Of a DNA stretch of 33,930 bases, positions 18,004 to 28,155 are shown in pieces; the first letter of the stretch is position 1; each line of letters opens with the position of its first letter. The notes below the pieces were generated by a model. It was not told the DNA's origin and did not search any database. It worked only from the letters and a program-made list of their open reading frames with translations. A program made the translations under genes and the position numbers. Source of the stretch: Guillardia theta CCMP2712 (Eukaryota > Protista > Cryptophyta); contig NW_005434407.1 of the NCBI RefSeq assembly GCF_000315625.1, forward strand, positions 19,825 to 53,754, given 5' to 3'.

Positions 18004-18813
18004 ATGGATCTCTATCAACAAAAATACAATGAGTTCTATGATATGTATAGGTTCAGCTGTGGCATTCAACAACAAGACATTGATTTTATAAATCGATGTT
18101 TCCTAACCAAGATCAAAAAGGAACCTTTTGAGATTGTTGTGATGTTTATAAAGCCTACAATACATTGCAATTACAACAAGGACAAAAACATATACAGGCA
18201 GATATTTTTTTCAGAACTTGATTATCTATGCAAACTTGTAAGGATAATCTATGTAACTCTATATAATGAAGCAAATGATGATAATCACAGAACAAAGATA
18301 TTGCAAAATATATTAGAGTTTATAGAATATATTTCTGAAAAAGAAACAATCTTCAAAACGCTATTGGAATGTTTTAGGACAAGCAGCATAGATCTCTCAT
18401 CTATTGTGAGTTTTGGCAATGAAATCATCTTCACAATAAAAGATAGATTGCTAAAACAGATGTGTATCGATTATGATATACAAAAGTATACAGAACACGT
18501 ATACATGAATGATGATCTCGCAACAAATCATAACATAAGGATTATGCAGGATGCAATATATGTATACATTGATAACACAGTGAAAAGAATGAGCTATAAG
18601 GCATTCAAGGACTTATTCATAAGCAATTTCCAGAAAAAGCTGCTGTATTTATACAATGTGATATTCTTTCCTAGACTTTCAAAGGAAGAGAGAGAGACAT
18701 TCCGCAATAACATAGTTAAAACAAGGCTTGATTATGAATTTACAAGTTATTACAACAAGGTGTTCAGGCCGTGGTTGCAGATGAAGAGTTTCTTCTTTGA
18801 TATCAGCATATGA
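18004..18813 (+). CDS. Hypothetical protein
   Basis: 269-aa ORF; AAATTGA 32 nt upstream. Confidence 0.7.
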   Translation: MDLYQQKYNEFYDMYRFSCGIQQQDIDFINRCFLTKIKKEPFEIVVMFIKPTIHCNYNKDKNIYRQIFFSELDYLCKLVRIIYVTLYNEANDDNHRTKILQNILEFIEYISEKETIFKTLLECFRTSSIDLSSIVSFGNEIIFTIKDRLLKQMCIDYDIQKYTEHVYMNDDLATNHNIRIMQDAIYVYIDNTVKRMSYKAFKDLFISNFQKKLLYLYNVIFFPRLSKEERETFRNNIVKTRLDYEFTSYYNKVFRPWLQMKSFFFDISI

Positions 18814-19038
18814 TATCTGCTGTTGCCAAGCTTACAAATTTTTTATGATTTATGTGATATCAAACTTGAATAAAGAACAAACAAAATAACTACATAATGA
18901 TTTTGTTCATTCGAATATCATACATCTGTACACCAATTATCCGAACTCGCCTCACTAAAATATAAAAGAAACAAAATCCTACCTTTGTAAACAAATTTAT
19001 ACCCAAGGGGTTGAAGAGCATATCTTTGCTGTTGATCC

Positions 19039-19722
19039 TTATCTCAATCCACACAATATGTCCATATTATCATACATAGAGATCTTATCTTTCAACAACA
19101 ATATGTCAGCTGCAGAATACATCTCTAGATACTTTTTTTGAGCATAGTAATCCTTTCTGTTATAAACATTTAATGAGGGGTCTCTGTCGCTCTTTATTGG
19201 CAAATTTAGCGCCTCAGATATCTTTCTCACTATATTGAAATGGTCATCTAGTAAATCCTCATATTTAATATACAAGGATCTTCTCATTCTCTTGCTTATG
19301 TCAAACCAATTATTGTACTTATTGAAATACATATCATAAACATTTTTATGGTTTCTATTTATCATACAGTCATTAAACATACGACTATATTCATTTAACC
19401 ATGTATCTGTCTCGTACAATTCAACATCTCCTTTTATAAATGACTTGAAATCATCTGCAACTTTTGTTAAACCGTAAGGCTTATTGAATATTGATACAAG
19501 CCACGACTCAATGTTTTTCGAGATTATCAATAATATAGCGTTATCCCTCTCTAACCTTTTATACTCTTCATCTGATAATTCACCATGTTTCCAACCATAG
19601 TACCCATCTGCATCCAATCCAGATTCATTTATATTCTGATAATCACTCTCAAAATATTTCTCAACTATCTTCCTTAAAAACTTAGTTCCAGTATTCCTCT
19701 CTCCTTTTATACAAAAAATCAT
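19039..19722 (-). CDS. Sulfotransferase-family protein
   Basis: 5'-PSB loop GERNTGTKFL, GWKHG, 3'-PB-like ISKNIESWLVS and IKYEDL. Confidence 0.75.
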   Translation of the reverse strand: MIFCIKGERNTGTKFLRKIVEKYFESDYQNINESGLDADGYYGWKHGELSDEEYKRLERDNAILLIISKNIESWLVSIFNKPYGLTKVADDFKSFIKGDVELYETDTWLNEYSRMFNDCMINRNHKNVYDMYFNKYNNWFDISKRMRRSLYIKYEDLLDDHFNIVRKISEALNLPIKSDRDPSLNVYNRKDYYAQKKYLEMYSAADILLLKDKISMYDNMDILCGLR

Positions 19723-19887
19723 CTTTTATATATGAAATAAAAACAAAATTGATGTTTTTATCACATGAATTATTTATGGATCTGATATCTCAATGCTCAT
19801 GGACCTCCTTCAAGGCATTCATACGGATAGCTCCTGACGCACACCTCGCCTTGCTAAGGTTTGTTTGTAGCCGTTTGAATATTTCCT

Positions 19888-20100
19888 CCCTTGAAGGTTT
19901 AAAATGGACACTTCTGGTAATATGACTCACCTTAGCCTTGATCTCAAAATTAGAGCTATTTAACACTTTCTTACAAATCAAAACTATATGGAAACTTCTG
20001 AACTCTTCTCAGTTCCAAGAACTACCCTTATGCGTTGGGTTCAAAAATACCAAGATGACCAGACTATTGCTCGGAAGAAGAGAGAATACACAGCCCATTA
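19888..20100 (+). mobile_element. Truncated, pseudogenised IS630/Tc1-like transposase (N-terminal HTH only) with candidate left end
   Basis: ATG 19922 reads MTHLSLDLKIRAI*HFLTNQNYMETSELFSVPRTTLMRWVQKY..ARKKR, with in-frame TAA at 19961. No DDE domain follows. CCCTTGAAGGTTTAAAATGGACAC lies at 19888-19911. Confidence 0.6.
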
Positions 20101-20102
20101 CT

Positions 20103-21845
20103 TTATGGATTATCTTGAGAAACAGGTTGTAGATTATCTAATTGCTGCACTAGAAACAAATAGTGTTCCCGTAAGATCTGTCTTAGACTATGTGCTGTGT
20201 TGTCCTCAATACCTGGATTGCGCAATATTAGTTGTTGAATGAAGGATTGCATCGAGCTCATAATGCTGTTTTGATTTGTGATCAGCATGCTGAAGAGCAC
20301 GTTTATGTTATTGAGATCTGTAAAAGAATGCCTTTTAGATGTTGTGTGAATTGTGCAATGCACATACCTGTTTGCAGATTTATAGGTAGGACCTGCTGCG
20401 TATTGGCTTCAGGCCTTTGTCTCGTTGTTTTTTTGCGTTTCTCTGCAGAGCAAGATTAGTTGAGATAGGATATAATCATCCTGAATACTCTCAGGTGGAT
20501 TGTCTGTTGGAGCTTGCTTGTCGATAGCCTGCTGTTTATTTGCCCTCCTCTTGAGGAGTTCTGTTTGAAGGGCCTCTGCTTGAATAATCCTTCTCTGGGT
20601 AGGTTCATCTTGCTCATAGCACGGATACTGCTGCTGAGGGTCTGTGTTTGATTGGATTGTGCACTCCTCGTTTGCATGTGCTTGTGCTTGTGCTGCTTGA
20701 ATAGATGTCAATAAATAGAGAGAGCATGTGATTTAAGGGCTTACACAGCAGAAAGTCCTTGTAAGAGCCGCTTGGCTTGTCAAGATTGGATAGTGCATGA
20801 TCTATAAAATTAGAAACCTTAGAGCTCCCTTGTGATAAGGATATCTCCTCTGTAGGGGTGTTGTCATCCCTTATATATGGAGCAGCAGAGGGTATTGTGT
20901 AATTGCTTGTTTCCTGCCCATCATTGTCTGATTCTTCCAATCCTGTCCTTGTATCATCATTAGCTGCTTCTTGGCTGTCTGGCAGTTCATCAATCCTATC
21001 AAAGGATGGTTCACTGCTTATATTGATATAAGATATGTCCTTGTTCATGCTAGTGAAAGATGTGACGTACGCATCGTAGATCTCCATAAATCTTGAGGCA
21101 TCACCACATGGTTTTTTCCTTATATCATTCCAAAAATCACTCTTATTGAAGAATTCTTCATTGGTGCATACAGGTTCCAACAGGCCCATGAAATTCTTGT
21201 GATAAATCTCGTGAGGTTCCTCCATAACTCGGATAAATGGGCACAGCTCCTTGAAATAATGAAAGATAGATATGAAAGATGGCAGCTTTCTTATTGAGAT
21301 CCATTCTATGATAGGATAGTCCGGATTTGTCATCTCAATGTATGGGTTGTACCATTCCGTAAGAGCCATGAGGGTGTTGTTGAACATTACAAGATTGTGC
21401 ACTATTTTCGGATGAAGCCCAATATCAATAAGATGCTGTGGATGATCATTTATAGGATAATTGTTGAACATGTGCAAGGGCAACCTATTTCCCTTCACAA
21501 ATGGCACATAGAGATTTCTTGTAAGGAAGAAGCAATATATATGATAGTCTGTCAATTGTGAGAGTTTAACCTGCTTGGATTTATGTCTTATCAATACATT
21601 GCCACCTTTCTGTTCTAGATAGAATGTCTTGACCTTGAACATTATATTGTCATGATCAGACATGAATGCATTTATCGGAATAAGGATGATTTCATCCACA
21701 TTGTCACAAGAGAACTGGAACAGGTATACAATGCTCTCAATAGCATAATTACATATGCTATTATACCGTATCACCTCCTTGAGGAGCACACTGAGGATTG
21801 ATGTTGTTCCTAACAGATGTATAGTAGATGTCTCTCTCCAGAAAC
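20103..21845 (-). pseudogene. Fragmented large hypothetical gene (ORF pieces 20614-21936, 20409-20711, 20103-20363)
   Basis: Three consecutive or overlapping same-strand coding-like pieces in different frames. The 5' end collides with the DUF4116 gene without an intergenic region. Confidence 0.45.
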
Positions 21846-23568
21846 TTGCTGTGCTTTGCAATATGCAAGTGAAGACCTGAAAAGAGATAAAGAGGTTGTG
21901 ATGTGTGCTGTCAAAGGACACGGTTGTGCATTGCAATATGCAAGTGTAGATTTAAAGTGTGATAGAGAGGTTGTAATGTGTGCTATTGAAAGAAATGGAT
22001 GTGCTCTTCAATATGCAAGTGCAGACCTAAGAAGAGATAAAGAGGTTGTGATGTGTGCTATTCATAATGATAGTTCTGCTCTAAAGTTTGCAGATGAAAC
22101 AATAAAGGATGATTATGATGTTATCATAAAAGCAGCAAAAACATGTAGATTTAGTTTAACACACATTACAGATAAAGCAAAGAATGACAAAGAGTTAGCA
22201 TTTCGGCTTGTAAAAATCAATAGTGATAATATGAAATATTTATCTGATAAGTTAAAATGTGATAAAGATATCATTGTAGAAGCTGTTAAAACAAAACCTT
22301 TCTATGTAAAGGATCTAACAAATGAACAAAAGAACAATAAAGAGCTAGTATTGGAGCTAATAAAGCATTCTATATACACAATTCAATTTGTGTCTGATAA
22401 TTTGAAAGATGATTATGATGTTGTCATAGAAACTGTTAAAAGAGATGGAAAATTCCTTAAAGAGACATCTAGTAGAATGAGAAAGAACCATGATGTTGTA
22501 TATGAGGCAGTAAAGTCATCAGACGGCAGCACTTTTGAATTTGCCGACAAGACCTTGAAGGCAGATAGAGAGTTTGTTGCTAGGTTAGTCGAAATTGATG
22601 GAAAAAGTCTATTGTTTGCTGATAGAAGCATAAGAGATGATGTTGAATTGATTGTAAAGGCAGCCAGCAAAAACAGTTGGTACAAACAATATCAAGACAA
22701 TAAAACATTTATTGATAAGGTCTTATCATCCGGCAGGTGCATGTTTAGAAAATTCATACTAGCTATATTTAAAGGCAAGGAAGCATTATTGCATGATGAT
22801 AATATAATAACGAAACTAGTTTCAAGCAATGGCATGTTATTGGATATTGTACCATTAGAATTAAGAGCAAAGAGGCATATTGCACTTGCAGCTATTGAAC
22901 AATGTGGGATTGCATATGCATTCGTGCCAGAGACATTAAAACAAGATAAAGAGATAATTATGGCAGCACTCAAGAATTACCCGCCTATATTTGGGCATAT
23001 ACCTGAAACAATGAGAAATGATAGAGATATAGCACTAGAGGCCATAAGGGTCAATAAGACAGTTATCAAATACATCCCTCTAGATATAGTATATGACACA
23101 AAGTTTATTTTGAAAATATTATTGCATAGGCTGGTTACAAGCTCTGATTTAAAGTCATACAATACTGGTGTATATCATATCGTGCTTCATTTTGTTGATA
23201 AGCTAATAAATGGTGAAGACATGTTCGAGTTTGTCATGCACATAAAGGGTTTAAATGAAAAAGCAGTCTGTGATATGATACTTACCAACCTTGATTGCTT
23301 TCTCGAATCTGATTATTGTGGCAAGGTGTTAGAATTCTTCCTAAAGTACTATTACACAACCCTGCTAAATCACAATATTGCACTCAATCTCATTTATAAC
23401 AATGAGGACGCACTATTGTTCCTAGACTCAATAAATGTGAAGCTCTTATCATTGCGTGAATTAAACCCCGACCATGCTTATGACGATAGTGAAGTTATGA
23501 AGCATATGATTCAAAAGCACCATGGTAAAGATGTGTTATTTTTGGAGCTAGCAGGATCTATGAAATAA
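21817..23568 (+). CDS. DUF4116 repeat protein, possibly 5'-truncated
   Basis: Many roughly 25-aa repeats of the form GCALQYASxDLKxDKEVVMCAV; the first three are near-identical 75-bp units. Confidence 0.88.
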   Translation: MYSRCLSPETCCALQYASEDLKRDKEVVMCAVKGHGCALQYASVDLKCDREVVMCAIERNGCALQYASADLRRDKEVVMCAIHNDSSALKFADETIKDDYDVIIKAAKTCRFSLTHITDKAKNDKELAFRLVKINSDNMKYLSDKLKCDKDIIVEAVKTKPFYVKDLTNEQKNNKELVLELIKHSIYTIQFVSDNLKDDYDVVIETVKRDGKFLKETSSRMRKNHDVVYEAVKSSDGSTFEFADKTLKADREFVARLVEIDGKSLLFADRSIRDDVELIVKAASKNSWYKQYQDNKTFIDKVLSSGRCMFRKFILAIFKGKEALLHDDNIITKLVSSNGMLLDIVPLELRAKRHIALAAIEQCGIAYAFVPETLKQDKEIIMAALKNYPPIFGHIPETMRNDRDIALEAIRVNKTVIKYIPLDIVYDTKFILKILLHRLVTSSDLKSYNTGVYHIVLHFVDKLINGEDMFEFVMHIKGLNEKAVCDMILTNLDCFLESDYCGKVLEFFLKYYYTTLLNHNIALNLIYNNEDALLFLDSINVKLLSLRELNPDHAYDDSEVMKHMIQKHHGKDVLFLELAGSMK

Positions 23569-23712
23569 ACCTGTCTAATGTAAGACTGTAAAATTTTATC
23601 ATTGAGACATTCATAATTAGTCATAAAACCATGTGCATTTTCAGGTATTTTAATAGCATTTATATAAAAAGTGATTTGAGAAAATGTTTGTTCTTTATAT
23701 ATAATTCCCGAC

Positions 23713-24233
23713 ATGACTACAAGGACTATTTACTGTTCTTCACCTAAATTCGATGAAATTTATAAAAAGATAAAGCAGAGCTATCCCAATTGTTGTCTGT
23801 TGTATGTGGAAGAGATATTCAATGAAGAGCTTGAAGCAGCTTATCAAGAACATAAGAACAATATCATGCAAAAGCGTGGTTTTGTGAATGAAGCGAAAAT
23901 GTTCCATGGAACAAATGAGAATGCAAAGAAAAGTATTATACAGAAAGTTTCGATCCTAAAATGAACAAGGTAAGTGCCTATGGCATAGGTACCTACTTTC
24001 ATATTCAAGCCAATTATTCAAAGGACTATGCTCCACCAGGTAAGAATGATATATCCTACATATTCCTTTGTGACGTTCTTATTGGAAATAAAAAGGTAGG
24101 CAAAAATAATGAAGTGATTGACACAGCAGAGTATGACAACTTTACAAATCATAATGAATCCATCGTTGTTACACCATATATGAATGGTGCAGTTCCCAGA
24201 TATTGTGCTGTTTTCTACAGGAACGCAAAATAA
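23713..24233 (+). CDS. PARP-family catalytic domain (likely mono-ADP-ribosyltransferase), frameshifted at about 23947
   Basis: MFHGT in ORF1, and SAYGIGTYF, YSKDY, IFLCDVLIG and PRYCAVF in ORF2. Adding one G at 23947 gives SIIQKGFDPKMNKVSAYG. Confidence 0.85.
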
Positions 24234-24330
24234 TACACGTTTGATTCTTATATGACAAGCATATAACAATAACAACTAGCAAATGTTCATAAGAGATAAA
24301 AATTTGGGAGTAATTCTTTATTTTTATTTA

Positions 24331-24978
24331 CTACAAATCTCTTATGCGCTCTTCACACTCTAGCCTTCTTCTCTTGTGGCTGCATTGTTCATCTTCAACC
24401 TTGCAGTCCTTGCAATCATGCCTTTTGTTGTTGTGGATGCAAATAGAGCCCCCTTTACACTGTATTGTTGTATTATGCTCACATATAGAACTACCTCCAC
24501 AGTCCTTGCAATAGCTTCTAAATATGTTATGCTCACGTATGGATCTGCCTTTACACTCCTTGCATTGGCGCCTTTGTCTATTGTGATGACATATTGAGCC
24601 ACCTCCACATTCCTTGCATACACTTCTCACTCTATTGTGCTGACATATTGAACTTCCTCCACACTCCTTACATTGGCTCTTTATTCTATCATGTGGACAT
24701 ATTGAACCACCTCCACACTCCTTGCATCGGTTCTTTATTCTATTATGCTGACATATAGAGCCACCTCCACACTCCTTGCATAGGCTCCTTTGTCTCTTAT
24801 GCTGACATATAGAGCCACCTCCACACTCCTTGCATCGGCTCCTTTGTCTCTTATGCTGACATATAGCACTACCGCCACATTCCTTGCATTGATCTTTTAC
24901 TCTGTTATGATTACAGTATCTCTTACAGGTCTTACATTCACCTATAGTTCGATTGTGTTTACAGATATTGCTGTCCAT
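24331..24978 (-). CDS. Cys/His-rich 18-aa repeat protein (CxHxRxRxxCKECGGGSI), putative zinc-binding; paralog 1
   Basis: About 9-10 repeats of 54 bp. ATG 24978 aligns with the paralog start and has AAAATGA 34 nt upstream. Confidence 0.85.
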   Translation of the reverse strand: MDSNICKHNRTIGECKTCKRYCNHNRVKDQCKECGGSAICQHKRQRSRCKECGGGSICQHKRQRSLCKECGGGSICQHNRIKNRCKECGGGSICPHDRIKSQCKECGGSSICQHNRVRSVCKECGGGSICHHNRQRRQCKECKGRSIREHNIFRSYCKDCGGSSICEHNTTIQCKGGSICIHNNKRHDCKDCKVEDEQCSHKRRRLECEERIRDL

Positions 24979-25137
24979 AATGCAGTGTTTATTCAATAAA
25001 GATAGAAGATATTCATTTTACTACAAATCTTTTGTACATTCTTGAAAATTTAGATTCCTTCTATTGTGGTTGCATTTCTGGAGAGAAACAAAAGACACAA
25101 TGAATAAAAACGAATTTGTTGATGTAAGCTTTTCTAA

Positions 25138-25851
25138 TTAGAATTTATTGTACAAACCATTGATAATCCGAGTCTTATTATCGAATTCATTGAACAATTC
25201 ACGCAACATCTCTCTAAGCTTGATCAAATCAGTATTTTCAGTGAACTGATTCTTGAATTCCCGAAATTGGGTCATGAAGCTAGCATATATATCGGTCTCT
25301 TTCTTTATTTCGATGTTTTGATGCAACACATTGGTATAGTTATTTAGAAGGACTTGTTGATGCTCTGGAAATTTTAGATCATTCCTCATTGTCTCTATCC
25401 ATCTGTGCATATCTTCAAGATCCTTTTCTTTATTCACCAATATATAATTCAAAGCAACTATCTCATTCTGAAGTTTTATATTATTCTCTTGAATGTTATA
25501 GATGTTGTTATCTACTAGAGATTGCGATTCAGATGCTCGAAATCTCTTATTTGTATCGTTATTATCATCTTCTGTTTTAAATCTCTTATGGAACCTATCT
25601 TTTATCTCTTGGACAGCTTGTTTTGTCGAGAAATGTGTATAATCACAATATCTGTTCTTGCACAACTCTTGATCACGGCATGGTTTATGTTTCTTGCTGC
25701 ACTTTGTTGGACAATGATATCCAAATTCACATTCACCACGCCGTTGTCTACGGATCCTATCAATCTCTGCTTCATCGTGTGAGAACCTGCACTTATCAGA
25801 TTGACAACCAAAATGATTTACACGGTACCAACAATATGTTGAAAAGTCCAT
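25138..25851 (-). CDS. Triple CCCH zinc-finger protein with C-terminal coiled coil
   Basis: C-x8-C-x4-C-x3-H, C-x5-C-x3-C-x3-H and C-x5-C-x4-C-x3-H fingers. ATG 25851 has AAAAATGA 30 nt upstream. Confidence 0.75.
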   Translation of the reverse strand: MDFSTYCWYRVNHFGCQSDKCRFSHDEAEIDRIRRQRRGECEFGYHCPTKCSKKHKPCRDQELCKNRYCDYTHFSTKQAVQEIKDRFHKRFKTEDDNNDTNKRFRASESQSLVDNNIYNIQENNIKLQNEIVALNYILVNKEKDLEDMHRWIETMRNDLKFPEHQQVLLNNYTNVLHQNIEIKKETDIYASFMTQFREFKNQFTENTDLIKLREMLRELFNEFDNKTRIINGLYNKF

Positions 25852-26268
25852 TGTAAGTTGGATAAGAGATATGAAACGCATTCATTTTTGAAGCAAATTG
25901 TCAAATTTTGTGTAAGGATCCCACGTTGATCAATATTGAGATACACATAAAGAGATATCGAAATTCAAAGAGAATTTTACAAAACAAAGGATCTTGTTGA
26001 GAGATATCTTAGCAATCTAAACATCAAAACTCTTGATATTTCAGATTATGAGAGAAACATAAAACACCTGAATGCAAATCCCATAACAAAATCAGTAATC
26101 ATATTATATCTGATATGCAAGGATAAAAACAAACACTTCATCACATATACAAGATGGTTGGTGCAAGCACGAAATATGTAAGACCAATATTAATCAACAT
26201 TTCAACATATATTGAAGAATTTGAAACAAAAATGAGATAGTGTGATGGCGTAGCAATCACCACAAATA

Positions 26269-27045
26269 ATGTTGCATTGGCATAATGACTATGAACAAGT
26301 GATAGAAGTCCTAGATAGAACAATTCCACAATTCCCAACAGATGTTTTAGATAAGATCAAGAATTATCTGCATGCATATTATTGTTGTACATCATACATT
26401 CCAAATTTCAACAAATCTTTCAAATATAACAATAAAACGACAGCAATCGGTGGATGCAATCCAAATGCCATAAGAGATATTATAAATAATGCAATAGAAG
26501 TTGTGGATAATTCATCAGCTATATCAATTCGGTTTGTGATTCTAGCAACCTTGAAAAGTTTAAATTCTAACAACAAGAAAATAAGAATTCTATTTGATGA
26601 TATTGATTATATTATAGAATCAAACTTTGATGATAATTTGTATGATCATAATGATGATTATAATGAATTCTATGAGAAATACAATGAGATGCACAGATTG
26701 CTATATGACTCTGCTAGATTGATAATATGCAGCAGCATATTTATATGGTTTGCATCAAAAAAGCATGATAGTTTAAATCATTATTTTAGAAAGTTGTACA
26801 ATCATATTCATTTATTTAAACTTATAATATATGAAATAAATCTATCACATAGAAGGATTTGGCCACAAAAAGAATCTCTATTTAAACCAGAAGACAATCT
26901 GGATTGCTTTAGATTGAATATGTTCATCTTTCGTTCATGTGGATTAAAAGATCAACCTACATATAATCCTCTAGTGGATATAGATATTGATTATAATATG
27001 TATGTAGAAGATTTGGAGAATGACATCAAGAATATTCAAGAATAA
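26269..27045 (+). CDS. Hypothetical protein, possible N-terminal F-box-like motif
   Basis: IPQFPTDVLDKIKNYL; AAAAATGA 33 nt upstream. Confidence 0.65.
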   Translation: MLHWHNDYEQVIEVLDRTIPQFPTDVLDKIKNYLHAYYCCTSYIPNFNKSFKYNNKTTAIGGCNPNAIRDIINNAIEVVDNSSAISIRFVILATLKSLNSNNKKIRILFDDIDYIIESNFDDNLYDHNDDYNEFYEKYNEMHRLLYDSARLIICSSIFIWFASKKHDSLNHYFRKLYNHIHLFKLIIYEINLSHRRIWPQKESLFKPEDNLDCFRLNMFIFRSCGLKDQPTYNPLVDIDIDYNMYVEDLENDIKNIQE

Positions 27046-27200
27046 GATTCCAAGATCTCCTAAAACTATTTTTACTATCCGTTTCAAGTTTATTGGTATT
27101 TGTAGTATTATATAAATGTTTTGTATTCATCAGATCTTCTTATTTTAATATATGTCATCTACATTCTCATTTATTGAATAAAATAGGATATTTATTTTTA

Positions 27201-27806
27201 CTACAAATCTCTTATGCATTCTTCACAGTCTAGCCTTCTTCTCTTGTGGCAGCATTGTTCATCGATCTTGCAGTCCTTACAAATACACCTCCGCTTGTTG
27301 TGGATGCAGATTGAACCACCACCACACTCCTTGCATTGACTCTTTCGCCTGTTGTGCTGACATATGGAGCCACCTCCACACTCCTTGCATGTGCTTCTTA
27401 GTCTATTGTGTGGGCATATAGAGCCAGCTCCACACTCCTTGCATTGATGCTTTCTTTTATTGTGCGGACATATATATCTTGTTTCGCCATCTCCACACTC
27501 CTTGCATCGACTTCTTCTTCTGTTGTGCTTGCATATAGAGCCACCTCCACACTCCTTGCATCGACTTCTTCTTTTGTTGTGCTTGCATATAGAGCCACCA
27601 CCACACTCCTTGCATTGACTTCGTGTTATGTTGTGCTGACATATAGCGCTACCACCACACTCCTTGCATAGACTTTTTCTTATGTTGTGCTGACATATAG
27701 AGCCACCACCACACTCCTTACATATGCTTCTTACTCTGTTGTGAATACAATATCTCTTACAGGTATTACATTCACTCTTGGTTCGATTGTGTTTACAGAT
27801 ATCCAT
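27201..27806 (-). CDS. Cys/His-rich 18-aa repeat protein; paralog 2
   Basis: Same repeat unit and near-identical termini (ICKHNRT..EC.TCKRYC; HKRRRL.CEE.IRDL) as 24331-24978. Confidence 0.88.
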   Translation of the reverse strand: MDICKHNRTKSECNTCKRYCIHNRVRSICKECGGGSICQHNIRKSLCKECGGSAICQHNITRSQCKECGGGSICKHNKRRSRCKECGGGSICKHNRRRSRCKECGDGETRYICPHNKRKHQCKECGAGSICPHNRLRSTCKECGGGSICQHNRRKSQCKECGGGSICIHNKRRCICKDCKIDEQCCHKRRRLDCEECIRDL

Positions 27807-28155
27807 GATGTAATGTTTGATTAATAAAATCAGAGGATATTCATTTTTGCTACAATTATCTTATGAATTGTTGAAAGGGATATAAGAATATGGCTTATAA
27901 AAATAATTGACGCCGGTTTTGAAAGGCCTAGTTAGGGCTTGCATATAAAAACCCAAAAAGTATTGACATATCATACCTACATTTGCTTTACCAGATAATA
28001 TTAGAGTAGTTTCATTTACTAAAATTCTATTCAAGAACACTTTACATAATTGTTATGCAAAAATCATTATCTAGGCATATTTAATGTATAAAATTATAAT
28101 TGCAAGCTGCTAAAAATGATACTTCAACTCTGTTATAACAAATAATTCAAGTGAG

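Noticed and set aside
20100-20459. Plus-strand tail of ORF 19988-20242 and ORF 20232-20459 as the transposase DDE domain
   Set aside because: No DDE motifs; these are antisense to the coding-like minus-strand fragments.
24331-27806. 54-bp periodic repeats as CRISPR array
   Set aside because: Period is a multiple of 3 and encodes an 18-aa protein repeat in open frames; no cas genes.
27905-27960. GC-richer intergenic patch (also 31501-31545, 31710-31745, 33085-33130) as tRNA or ncRNA
   Set aside because: No T-loop GTTCRA, acceptor stem or convincing fold found by eye; tRNAscan-SE/Infernal would be needed.
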